Part shown: positions 13,413 to 26,100 of the stretch, piece after piece
How positions within the stretch are numbered: the stretch's first letter is position 1
How the letters are laid out: the number at the start of each line of letters is the position of its first letter
Source: Enoplolaimus lenunculus
Lineage: Eukaryota
Assembly: GCA_030248215.1 (NCBI GenBank)
Contig: JASANG010000295.1
Span: forward strand, 62,001 to 126,000
DNA: 64,000 bases
Direction of reading: 5' to 3'
The notes under the pieces: generated by a model
Seen by the model: the letters and a program-made list of their open reading frames with translations, nothing else
Database searches by the model: none
What the model was told of the DNA's origin: nothing
Position numbers and translations under genes: made by a program

Positions 13413-14888
13413 CAGGGTTCCAACGGAATTGCGATTCCGGCTAACATTCAGATAAAATTTGTGTACCGATTCCGACTGGCTGCTATTCCGATGCCGGAAT
13501 TCCGATTTTTTTGGTTATGAGTTCAGTGGCGGATCTAGGATCTCAAAATGGGGTGCAAAATTTCACAGGTAATAAACTTATTTTTGACCCACACACAAAC
13601 CGCGAACACGAACTATTGCCATAAAATTGACTTATAAAACTATCGCATTAGCGCAATTTAGATCTAAACAGCAGGGTAACAACATAAAGTTCGGATTTGG
13701 TTTCAAACAGGCACAAATTTAAAGGCTCGGATTCGGAAGCCAGTTCAGTTTTGAAAAAGCAAAATCCAGTCAGCTTCAGCAATATCCGTTTCTGTTTTTG
13801 AATGAGTTAGAACAGCCTGCTATTTTCGGAAAATTTTTTAGCAGTCGCGGCTACGGACTTCAATTACAATTTCAGAATCAAGTTCCGGAATTAGTGAAAT
13901 TATTGGTTCGGTGCCACGCTGTTTAGTGACGACAAAATATCTAATCATTCGAGACTGCACTCTTGCTTCAAACAATTTCACAATGCTGTCAACTGTTTGA
14001 GCACAATCAATATCATGATGAATGTAGGCCAAAGCCAGACCAGTAAGACGTTCTTCTCCCATAGTCGATCGCACGTATGATTTTAAGTATTTAAGTACGG
14101 AGAATGTTCTCTCCGCAGTGGCTGTTGACACCGCTAATGTAATATCGCCAAAAGAGCATGAATATTTGAATAAAAAGAACTGTCGCAAACATTAACCGCG
14201 GACATTAAGTCATAGGAGGGTGTGCCATTCTTTCGCAAAATGTCTGCCATGTTGCGAATTCGCCTTCCAGGTCCTTCATATTTTGTGAAATCTGAGCAGA
14301 ATATATATTTATAGACTCTTTAATGTCTGAGAAGCACACGTTTTTGAGAAATCGGGGTAACAACCCGCTGAGAAGTAGAACGGTAGCAGTATGAGTACCA
14401 AGGCGGTCATGACGTTGTGCTAAGATTCCGTCCAGGAAAGGGAGATAGACGGAACGACGATAATAATCAATCGGCGTTGCTGCTGGAACGTTGTTGCGTT
14501 TCGTCTGACGTCCAGCATTTCGAGGTATATGTAGAGGTTCTCCGTGCAATTCTTCGGGTTTTTCGAAAATGTTTTTGAAGTGTTGTTCATCGTTTCTCCA
14601 TTTCCCAAGGAGCTCTTTGATTGTATTCAAATGACTTAAGCGGAAACGGCGTAAAATAACAGAAACTTCTATTTCATAGCTACAAGCAGTGATGTTAGCT
14701 CTATAAAGTTTCAAATATGGTTTGAGATCCCCAATACCGTCAATTATACAAGCAAATTTTACTGAAAACGGGCGCATACTACGACAAAAGTCAAAAGACA
14801 TACACTTTACTGTTTAATAGAATGCTAAAACTTAAATTCCGATTCCGGTTCCGACAACTGTCAAAATGTACTTCCGATTGGAATCCTG
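13413..14888. mobile_element. hAT-like MITE (CAGGGTTCCAACGGAA...TTCCGATTGGAATCCTG) hosting the hAT transposase fragment
   Basis: Inverted termini, ATTCCG/CCGGA subterminal repeats, and an 8-bp TSD ATTTCTGG (13405-13412) / GTTTCTGG (14889-14896). Confidence 0.7.
13524..14640 (-). pseudogene. Decayed hAT-superfamily transposase fragment (C-terminal part with hAT dimerization domain) with one terminal inverted repeat
   Basis: ORF 13838-14188: STATAERTFSVLKYLKSYVRSTMGEERLTGLALAYIH (hAT dimerization motif). ORF 14205-14801: PRNAGRQTKRNNVPAATPIDYYRRSVYLPFLD. The two are separated by a frame break. A hAT-type end, CAGTGGCGGATCTAGG, lies at 13524. Confidence 0.88.
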
Positions 14889-15914
14889 GTTTCTGGTGTG
14901 TTTTTGTAAGTGAAAGTTAAACGAAATTTGACAATGAATTCCTATCACAATTATACATTTTCTGGTATTAAAAAGATTAAGCAGTACTGTTTAATCATGT
15001 CGAAGGGAACTGGTGATAATGGAGACGCTTATGGTTTGCTTGTGAATATGTTATAGGTAATGTGCATGTAGTTGCCAAATAGTATTTTTGTTTTGCAGTA
15101 TGATACTTTTTGTGTGGTTAGTGTATCGTACTTACTTTGAGCAAAATACGTGTGATTTACTGTGTTGACTTCATTTGCCATTATAAGATCTGATGTATGT
15201 ATGTATTGCTGGATTATTTTTAGTGATTTTGAAATTTGACAAAAATATGCGGTTACTGTGGCCTATATAGTCTATTGAGAAGGATTTGCGTTTTTGAGAT
15301 TGTGTTTTGTAGATTAGGTTGTAGAGTGCGAAACGGGAGTCGTTACCGGGATCGGAACTAGAAAATTTCAGAGTCCATACTATTCACAATAGTTTACCGA
15401 GTCCTATATGTAATTTGGTATGCACCGGATAATGTTTTCATTTACTGTTTGTTTTGTGAATAAATGTGAGTTTGTTTATATGAGTAAAGATTATTGACTT
15501 TTGTTAGCTTTACACTGGGCAATTTTTGGGATCCTGGTAACAACCAAGCCTCAACAAGCAGCTGTGGAATCGACCAACTTTATGTCAAGCAATCCGGATA
15601 TGTATCCAAAATATAGAGGGCGCCGGATTTCCAGATATGTATCCCAAAAGAAACTTTTATCCGGATATCCGAAATGCTATTGTGTAAAAGAGTTTTGGAT
15701 TAATTTGCATTGTTTCGCCATTAAAATAGCTGGAGCTGATGAAATAAAATTCTGTGTTCAAACCTGAGTCAAAATACTGAACCACATTCCTGCGTAATTC
15801 CACGATGATTTTTCGTTCTTGATATCAAGCGACCAAGGAAAAACTAATACCTATTACAGTATAATAAGGATATGCACTGATCTACGACTCAGCGTGTGTT
15901 TTTACGTTTATTAC

Positions 15915-16601
15915 GGCCAATGTTACCCTAAAGGCCGTGCCATTTTCCCGGGACAGATATGTACCATGAGTACCCGTCCCATTTTCCCAAGACAACAATG
16001 TACCAGGAGTACATACAAAAATAATTGGGACAGATGGGACGGCGGGACAGTTGAACAGATGGGACAGTTTGGACAGATGTGTAACGGGACAGTTTGGACA
16101 GATGTGACAGATTGGGACAATTGGGATGATGAGACAAATGGGACAGTTTGGACAGATGGGACAGTTTGGACTGATGGGACAGATTGGACAAACGGGACAG
16201 ATGGGACAGTCGGATAAATGGGACAGCTGGACAGATGGGACAAACGGGAGAGATGGGACAAATGGGACAGTCGGGACAAATGGGACAGTTGGACAGTACA
16301 GCAGGGACAAACGGGACAGATGGGACAGATCGGCCAGCGGGACAGATGGGACCAATGGGACAGATGGGACAGTTTGGACTGATGGGACAAATGGGACAGT
16401 TGAGACAGATGGGACAGTCGGGACAAATGGAACAGTTGGTACAGATGGGACAAATGGGACGGTTGATTATATACATTTATATACATTATATCCTACGTAA
16501 ATATATCTGCCTGTGCATATGTAAACAGGGGCGCATAAATGTGCACTCCGGGTATATTTCTGTCCCGGGAAAATGGGACAGCCTTTATAGTAACATGGGC
16601 C
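15915..16601. mobile_element. GGCC(A/C)ATGT-terminated element containing a 9-bp (GGGACAGAT/GGGACAAAT) minisatellite
   Basis: ~59-bp imperfect TIR GGCCAATGTTACCCTAAAGGCCGTGCCATTTTCCCGGGACAGA / TCTGTCCCGGGAAAATGGGACAGCCTTTATAGTAACATGGGCC; TSD TTTATTAC/TTTATTTC; tandem array at ~16026-16460. Confidence 0.85.
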
Positions 16602-17126
16602 TTTATTTCTATAGTATGAATTCAATGTGTCTCAATAGGATATAAAAAGCTCATATGTAAAAGAAAATTTATAAAATATTTTGAACCTGGTAACCTTACA
16701 GTTACCATTTTCGTGCATTTGTGATGCAGGCTTTCCTTGTTTAACACAGTTAACTTACATTAGGAGGTAAGAACATCGCAAAATTCAAAGTTAGGCGTGA
16801 AATGAACAGGGAAGGCCATAAGAAGCTCAGATATGCAAAAAATTAATTTTTACGAATGTTGGACAAACGCGGCATGGGGGACAGCGCAAAAGACCCATAT
16901 ATTTCACCGTTATATAATTTTCCTGTATAATAGGGAAGTCAGATAACATATTACTGTTTTTCTATATATTACTTTTGTTTTTGTTTCGAATAATCTCCAT
17001 ATGTGAGTGGTGGAGAAGTTTTTGATGTCAGTAAATTTTTCATCTATCATCCGTTTACACTCTGGCGTTACCTGTCATTATAGAAACATTGTAGCTGTCC
17101 CAAATTCCTTTGATTTATTTGTCTGC

Positions 17127-20100
17127 TTAAAAACTAATTCTGCTTTCGCTTGCTTCTGACTTAAGTAAATCATCAACTTCAAGCTCTTCAATGATTTCTT
17201 CGGCGGATTCGGTGCCCGCGCCACTAGCGCTTCCGCTCAAGTGGCGTGGTTTTTCATTTGATGTTCTAGTGAATGTTTCTTGTGTTGCTGTTTCTAAAAT
17301 GACCCACCAATGTTTTGGCCCATGTATAGAACAGGGCCGGATCGTTTTCCGGAGGGGCTAAAATAGAGTCATTTAAGCTTTAGACGAATTTTTTGCATAG
17401 GATTATGCTTAGGAATAGGCTCATCCATACGCTTAGGCGTAGGCTTAGGCTTAGCAATATGCTTATACTACTGTTCCGGCCTTGTTCTATACATGGGCCA
17501 ATTTTTTTATAGTCTGGGTTTTCAGAACACAAAAAACCTTATAAAAGACCAGCCCGCTCATGTACAAGACATCCCATAATAAAGTGGTCCTGTCAACGAG
17601 TAAAACTGTGATTGGATGAAAGCTTGTGAGATTTAATGTTATCACCTTGTCATCTATTGTTTCGCTCGGTAAAAACTATAGATTGTTGTGGACCATAAAC
17701 CAGTGAAAATACTGTGGTTCCAAGGAACTGGCTAAGTACCTAGTAACTGCGTGAAGGGTAGCCAGAGCAAAAGTAACTGCATGACATCAACGATAACCGT
17801 AAAAAAGCAAGTTACTTTGGTATGCTGAATCTTGATCAGTGGGACCTTGGCCGGGATTCACATTTTGGACGGATCGGTTTGACCCAATGCTGTCAGAGTG
17901 TTTTTTGTTTATTCTTCCTAGTCTAAAACCAACCAAACCGTTTTAACATAATAAATTTGTAGAATACATAGCTAAATTCGGCGGTAAAACATGGTCCTTT
18001 AACTCTCCCATTTGGCATGCAAGGGTATCCAACATTCTTCGTGAAAAAATACGCGGCAAAGAATTGAATACTGGACTCACACATATTTATGTAACAGTAA
18101 TTAAACAAGCGAGGATGAATTACCTTTTGAGGTACGATTTACAATATGGAGTTTGAAGGCACGGAAATATATGTTTGCAGGTTATATAAAAATATTTTTA
18201 TATTCGGGAAATTATAATTAAAAAATAAACATATTAGCAAGCAATTGCGATCAGCTCCACCGGACTGTGGGTGTTTAAAAGATCCGCATACCGCAATCAC
18301 ATATATTTCAAGACATATTAGGTACTGTGTTTTAGGTGTTATCAGTATGCCACCGTAGAGGTGGCTTGCTAATGTATGAATCACTAAACAGTGAAGTTGC
18401 TTAATAAAGCTTAGTGTTTATTTTATTTTATTTTAATACTTACCCAAATAACGAGCTTTCCGATGAATGTGGACCTATAATGAAGTGAACCGAAATTTAA
18501 TTTGATTGTAAACACATTGTTAGGGTGGCGCTAAACTTGTCGTGCGGAGCTGTACGGCGCCGTACATCAAACCATTTTTTGTTTACAGATTCATACGATG
18601 TCCCATGCGTCAATACACGGCCGTTGTGTCATGTTGCCGAACAGTGACGTACGGCGCCGGACGTGATTAAAAGTAGAGCGCCACCCTTACTATCCTAAAA
18701 CTTTGCCCTACAAAATAAAGCGAGTCACGGAATGCAGAATGGGCTGCGGGGTGTTGGTCGTTTTATTTGACATTTAATAAGTGTATACTTAAAGACTTAA
18801 AACACTGTTGCATAGTTGAAAAAGTGAGAGTTTCCGTCGCGAATTATCATTGGCTTCTCAGTTGAGACAGATCCTGAACGCAAGTAAAAAAAACTAAAAA
18901 CACTTTTGCCAAATATTCGATGCAGAATAGTTTTACATAAGTATACGAGAATAATACTAACTTTGCTTGCCGTTATCATTAGTGCCAAAATTTAAAATAT
19001 TTGAATGCTGAGATATTTGAGATCCCGAAACTTTTGAACCATTATTAATAGCAGAACCTTCTGAAACAGGAAACAGATTATTATTAACTAAAACCATTTC
19101 AATCTGTTGTTTGCTTTAAAAGATTGAAGCTGGGTTGATATATAAGATATGTGGTTGATAAAGACATAACTACACATGTAGCGCAATTAAAATAAAAAAG
19201 ATTATATAGCAGGTACGATTCAGAGTCATTCCTCCTGGAATTTCTAAGAATATATATACATGATTCATGTATACATGGTATAGGCCCTTGGCGGATATTT
19301 AATGCTAAAAGCAAAGCGTACCTTGTGAATCTTTGATGTCACTCTTGTTGCCAGCGAACACGTCGTTAACGTTCTGGTCTACATTGTTAAAATTGGTTTC
19401 ACCGACCGCTGCATTAGAAATTAGGCCGTTTGGGACATTTGGTTGTATTTTGCTGGAATAAAATATTTATACCAAACGAAATTATTGTCAAATAACTGCT
19501 CCTGAAATGGCCAGTCTTATTTTTAGGGACTTAAAGTAGCTTACGCATATTCCTAAAGTCTAAGCCAATAAACCTCAAAAATTAGTGTGAAGTCTAAGCC
19601 TATACTCTATTGCAGTCTTGCTGAGAAACGCGACGCTTCTATTGGTTTGGAGCCAAATTTAATTCCGGGACCAGTCAGTACAAGTGATGCGGAGCAAACG
19701 TAACTCCAGCGGTGATTGTCTTTGGTGGTGAGTCCCGAAAAATCAACTTGAACGTTCATTTCACCATTATATCGCAACTCCAAATAGTATATTATGCTGG
19801 CAACGCCTTCAGCTGTAAGTGATGCAGGCAAACTGTAACTATATTTAACTAAGCACATACCTTAGCGAAAAACTGTCAGAACTTGATTTCTCTGAAAAGC
19901 AAGCAAAAATGAGATTAGTAAAATTAGGACGCAACGTTTATTAACCCACAATCCGAAAGCGAAAGTAGCAAGTTTTACCCTGTCGTTATCCACTAGATTT
20001 GTTTGGAAACCAGTCATTATTTGATGTTTTTTGATCGGTGTTGCTGCGCAGCATTATTAAGTAGGATTCAAAAAAAACTTGAAATGTACCAGAATTGAAC

Positions 20101-23100
20101 GCTAGAAAAATTAAGCATTTAAGTGATGGTGAAATTTTTAATTTTAATACATAAATACTAATCCATGAAGTGTTATAAATTTTTTTACCCTATTTACACA
20201 AATGTCGCCAAGTATATAAAAACTTATACTATTACTTTATAACTAAATGTTTAGGTTTGTTTCGCTTGAAATGAAATATTGCCTAATTTGGTTACAGAAT
20301 AAATGTTTAAAAACTTGCCTTGAGTTGGTTTTTCATTCTTTTGATCACTGCATTGAGATTTATTGAACCAATCAGAGAACGGATCTTTGTTTCGGTCTCC
20401 AGTCGCTGCTGAATTATTTGAGCACGATTTTGTCTTGAACGCATCGTAAAGATTTCCACTCTTGAATTGTCTACAATGTGCGAATCAAGTCACTTTAGAT
20501 AAAAAATGAAATATTTTCTTCTGATCCCGCACAAAGTTTTGTAATTGTGTGCGATGGTTATTTTAATAAAAACTTTTGCAATTGAATGTCTAAAATAGCT
20601 TGCTAATATGTATATCCAACTCACTGTCTAATAAACCGTTACAATGTTTATTCTGTATATGCTGACATATACAAACACGCTTTAGACCTTTGAACCGTCG
20701 ATAACGTCATCAAGGGTGCAGGACAAGGACACGGATATGGGAGGTATTTTCAGCTAGCGAAATTTAGAGAGACGAAGACACCGTTTCTATTGCAGGCTTT
20801 AAAATATCCTGCTTGAATTTAAAGGCTAACAAACTTTCTCGCTAAGCTTGCTCATATAAAACTTTTACATTATATACGTAATGTTATACTTTCCAGAAAT
20901 AAAATCCTGGTTGTGCCAATTAAGTTATTTTACTTACCCAACCGGCGGACTGTCTTTGTTGCTATCTTCTTCTGAAACAAAACAATTTTACCATGTATTT
21001 CGTATTGGCAAACCCAAAATAGTTTCAGTTCTCTTATATTTAAAAAACCTATGCTAACATTTATACTTAACTTTAGTAACGGGATGCAAAAATTCTTTGT
21101 CGCAAATTAAGCTTAGCGTCAATCTGATAAAATACACATTACCATCAGACTGATCTAATGCTTCAAATAGTTTCGATATCGGTTGAGCTTCGTCTTTAAC
21201 ACTGTTTCCATCGAAGCCCATGCTGCCTTGAGGGTTGATTAGCGGAGGTGGAGCAAATTTTAATGGTGGCAATTGATGAGCGCCACTATGTGATTGTAGA
21301 CTTTTTCCTGTGAGATCCGGCAAATTTCCCAATAATCGATTTTCACCGCTGCTGTTAGCACTTTTTATTTCGACAGAATTCACTGTTTTAGTGACGGTAT
21401 TATCTTTCGGAGTAACTTGATGCAACGTTTCTGAGTTCCCACCATTTTCAGGTTTCGATTGTCTTTCTTTCGATTCATTGTAGCTGCCCTAAAACGGTTT
21501 GCAAGCAAACCCAAAGTGTGCAGTCCTTACTACCAAGGCTATCGTTCTAGTACGTAATGTTTGCTAGCCCAATCAGTGAAACGCTTGCTACCTATACAGC
21601 AGAACAATATTCTAGTGTTCGTATATAGTGAATTTTGTTACTTTATTCAAGTGTTTGTACATTATTTTCGTTTAATTATATTATAGATTCAAAAGTGCTA
21701 AGTCTAGCTGCGTGTAGCATTACAATATAAATTAACTAGCGATCAGCAAAGTTTCCTGCCAGGTGACCATAAAATTAATTTGCTCCAGTCTGCCAACACC
21801 TAGTTCATAGGAGTCTTGGATTGCCCTTAGTTTTGCCTTATCCCTTTCACTCATAGAGTATACTATGCGCAACTAAATACAATAATGTATTAAGAGCAAT
21901 ACACACACTGTGAGCAGTGTTTAACATTTATAACCTCCACAAGACGTGAGAGCCTACTCGGGCTCGAGCGTCAAGCTCCTATAGCTCAGTGGTTATCGTA
22001 AACGCCTCCCACTCGTGAGACTGGGGATCGAATCTTACTTTGAAATTACATCTCATATGAAATTGAAAATATTCATGTGAAAAAGGACTAAGCATACAAC
22101 CGAGCATTCCATACAAGGGCTCTTGTACACTTTAAACCCACATTTAAAGACAAGGCTCACGCGTGGGTAAACGCTTAGGCTTAAGCAAGCCTTTTTCTAA
22201 ACCTAAGCATAAGTATAAATGTAGGTAAGTTACTAAAGTTATAAGGGGTCATAAACAGCACACCTTAAGAAACGAGCTATTTGCGCTTTTAACTGTGGTG
22301 CTTGGTTCTCGTTTATCGAACAGAAAATTATTCATATCGTCAGTTCCGCTATCTTCTGAGCTTGAACCTGTACGATGTGATCGCTGCAATCTGGATACCC
22401 CAGCGCCAACAGGAACCGTGGAACTAATCCCATCCAAACCGGATTTTCTGGTTTGTTGATCAGTGTCAAAACAATCTTTAGATTGAACGCTAGAAAAAAT
22501 ACACTGGTACAATTTTTACTTTGCTGGACAAAAAGATAAATTTTTAGCTAAAATCAAAATTGCTATAGTTTTTTTAATTCTATTGTTTAAGTAGAATATT
22601 ACCACACACTGACAAATCATGTAAAGCTGTAATGTTAGCTTGTTTGCATTTTATTGTTCAGAGCGCAACAAGTGAGTTGAATTTAACCTCAAACTCGTTC
22701 GTTCATGTTGAAGAAGACTCGACATTCCTTCATGGGGCGTAGCCATGATTTTCGTTCGGGAGGATACATCCATAAGTAGAAAAAAATATGACTTATACGA
22801 TGTTGGACGGTTATTTCAAAGCTTGCTAGAAATGTTTTTATTGTCTTTTCAGAAATTTCGGGATAGAATATGCACCTGTATCCTTCCCCTTGTACACGCC
22901 TCTGCGTTTCTTAGCTAATCATTCACAAATCGTAGCTTAACATATTGGTAGAAAAACACCACATACCTGTCTTGTTTTACGGTATCGCTGTATACTTTTT
23001 CTGAACAATTGTTACCGTTTGATTCATAGCTCTTCCGTAGTGATGACTGTTCGCTTTTTAAGTTACTGATCTCTTCGAAACGTTTATTTTGAATTGGTTG

Positions 23101-26100
23101 CTGGTTGCAATTTGCCAAATTGGGCGCTTGTGCAGACATAAATCCATTTTTGATAACATTCGGCACCACACTGTGGCGTTCTACGCTAGAATTGGCGTGT
23201 GCATAACCGTTTGAAATCTAAAATATAGCTGAAATTTTTTAGATTGTCACGTCTCAGATTATATATTGAATGGTAGGTCTCAGCTGTGTGTAGTATCGAT
23301 ATCACGAAATGTGCGGCAACAAAACTTTGAAGAGGCGCTCGTTTTTACTTTAAATACAGCTGAAATTTGCCGATCATAATTGACATCTCTATTGGGTTTA
23401 TAATTATTGAGTATATAATCACGTAATTACATATATTCACACAACATACATTCTGCTCGTGTTCTTAAGGGTTGAAGGGACCTATGTCAAACATTTTAAA
23501 ATCACCGTCCGAGAGAACATACCGCTTCTAAGCCACATTTGCATGTCGCAGCACTTTTCACCAATTTCAATAGTAATGGTTCTTCTGTTGATTCGATAGA
23601 TGTATTCCGAGACAAATTGAGTACATCTGCAAGTTCTGTTCGGCTCAAACGACGCGTCTAAATTACAAGCAAAGCCTGGTATTTCGAGTGGAATCGAACA
23701 CAAAAAAGCGAACAGAGCTTGAATCATATAGGTTTGGGGGCAAGCGCCTGGCATACTATCGTGAAAGATGGTATTTTTTAAAACGCATTTTTTTGATTAA
23801 TATTAGAGAACACGCTTAGGTTCCAAACTTCAAAATGATAACATTTTCTTGGACGTGGCATCAATAGCCAGTTCAAAATACAAGAAAGGCTATCAAAATT
23901 TCAGGAGGGACGTTCGAACATTTCACATGACTTTTACACGTGTGGTCAATACTTTTCTGTGGGGGGAGCGCAAAAAATTTCCGGGAGGCCGTGGACCCGC
24001 ACTTTGGTGCGGTTTTAAAAAGCAATAACTGTGCTCCTGGGCCGTTTTCCATATAAAACATTCATTGATTTTAAATTTCTTAATTGAAGCGATGCTTTGC
24101 TTAACCCTTTATCATATGAATATTTTCTAGTTCATCTGAGACCTACCTTTATGCTAGGATTCTAACTCCAGTGACTGGAGTGGGAGGCGTTTACCATCAC
24201 CACTCAGCTGCAGGAGCTTAACGCTCGAGCCCGAGGGTATCTCACGTCTTGTGGTGATTTAGTACTATGTATACGTGTTGCAATTGTTAAACACTGTGCG
24301 ATATATATTATTTAACGTATATATAAACACTACGCTGAGTTGCCCATAAGCAACTCTATGTGAGAAGGGGTTAAAAGTTGCACTTTAAACCTAAGTATAT
24401 TTGCGCTTGTTTCCGTATTATAGACTTACTGAACCGACTTCTGGACAAAACACAGACTGCGTTGCATCAAGGTTGTGGCAAGTTAGAAAGTCTTGTATCA
24501 GCGAAATACATTGAACACCTGTAGCGAAGAAATAGAGTAACTTTAGTTTAATCACAGAAATAATTGTTTTATTGAGCGAAGGTCGGAGTTTTACAGAACG
24601 TTTTGTTTTATACTCGGCGTGGAAATGTGGATGGCCGTCCGTCTGTGTCTGTCCGCCAATCTCAAGTTCCGCTGAACGGATTTTGACGAACTTTTCTGTT
24701 TTAAAACATGTCGTCATATAGTGTTAACCTCGCATTAAGCACTATTTACACGTGCAAGTTTTTGCTGTGAGAACTTGCAGCTGCAACTTGCACTTGAAAG
24801 TTTTGTCTAAAATTGCGTTCAAAAAACTTGAAACTGCAAGTAATTCATTAAAAATTATAGGTAGGAATTTAGTTCACATGCGTGAATAACCATGCAATTT
24901 TACTGAATTTATTGCAGCTGATTTCTCATTGGCTGATGTCAAAATGCAAGTTCTGCGTGCAATTTGCAGCTGCAAGTTCTCGCAGCAAAAACTGGCACGT
25001 GTAAATAAGGCTTTAAGGTTTTAAAATTTAAAGCGGTTTGGTATCTACAGACTATTTTACATAATTGGTCAAGCCTATATAAGGTCTTTTTACATTATAT
25101 TACAATAAGCTAATGATAATGAAACTATCTCTTTTACCTAATAAAATGACAATTTCCGTTACATAAGCGCAACTTTAATGGTATAAAATTCTTTGTGTTA
25201 GTACAAAATAAAAATCACCACCTAAACAATAAGAATGTTACCTTCTGGAGTGTCAGCTATTACATTGCTCACATTGTCGTTGAGCATCAACTTTTTACCC
25301 TGGAACACTCACAATTTTGATAGGTTTCAAATATTCCAGTAAAATCTAATACGTTCCGTACGAAAATGCAGCCTACACTTTGTTTTCAATGCTAAAGGCT
25401 AAAAACAAATTGACGGTTGCGATGGCGTATGCGTTATGCCCATATTATCCCACTAATATATAACACCTATCACCGGTTACTGGTAGGTTTTCATACTCAC
25501 AAACCGCTGCAGTTGCAATCTCAAAATTAGCCCATAAATAGGCCACAGCAAATCTGAAAAATGTGTTGAATTTTGAACCGGACTCATGCAGTGATTCGAG
25601 ATTTACATGACCTATAACCAACTGCTAATAGGTGCTACACACATTTGACAATACGAGCCAAGGTATCAACTAAATTTAGGACTGCCTTCCACCTTCACTG
25701 AGCGAAAACATATAATACAGACTATAATGTGTAAATTGAAATCTGAACATCAATTTCGTATACGACTCGAGTTTCAATTTTGAACTATCCTTACTTTACT
25801 GTTATCTTGTTCTTCGAGCGCCAGAAATACACTTGCTCTTAGTTGTGACTGAAATAAAAATTAATCACATATATACATTATGTTTTTCTTTTCGTATTAA
25901 ATTTCGCTGTAAGTAATGTTTTCAAATGGAACCGTTTAATAAATGATTACAATTTATGAATTTTTAGGCATATCTTAGGAAAAAATATGTATATATATAT
26001 ACTAAAAGCCGCAGTGATCACATGTCGCTAAAGACTCGCGGATAAAGACATAAACCTGCTTACGTTCTTGCCTCATTTGTAATTTTACTTACAGCAGATT

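Noticed and set aside
15819..16645. Six overlapping repetitive ORFs (CPICP, GQMGQ collagen-like, DGTNGT, LSHLS)
   Set aside because: All are translations of the 9-bp minisatellite inside a TIR/TSD-bounded element. There is no splice context and no non-repetitive domain.
20060..20110. Acceptor TTTTTCTAG|CGTTCAA on minus, identical to the real exon start at 22489
   Set aside because: The required frame hits a stop within ~10 codons, and the gene model is phase-complete without it.
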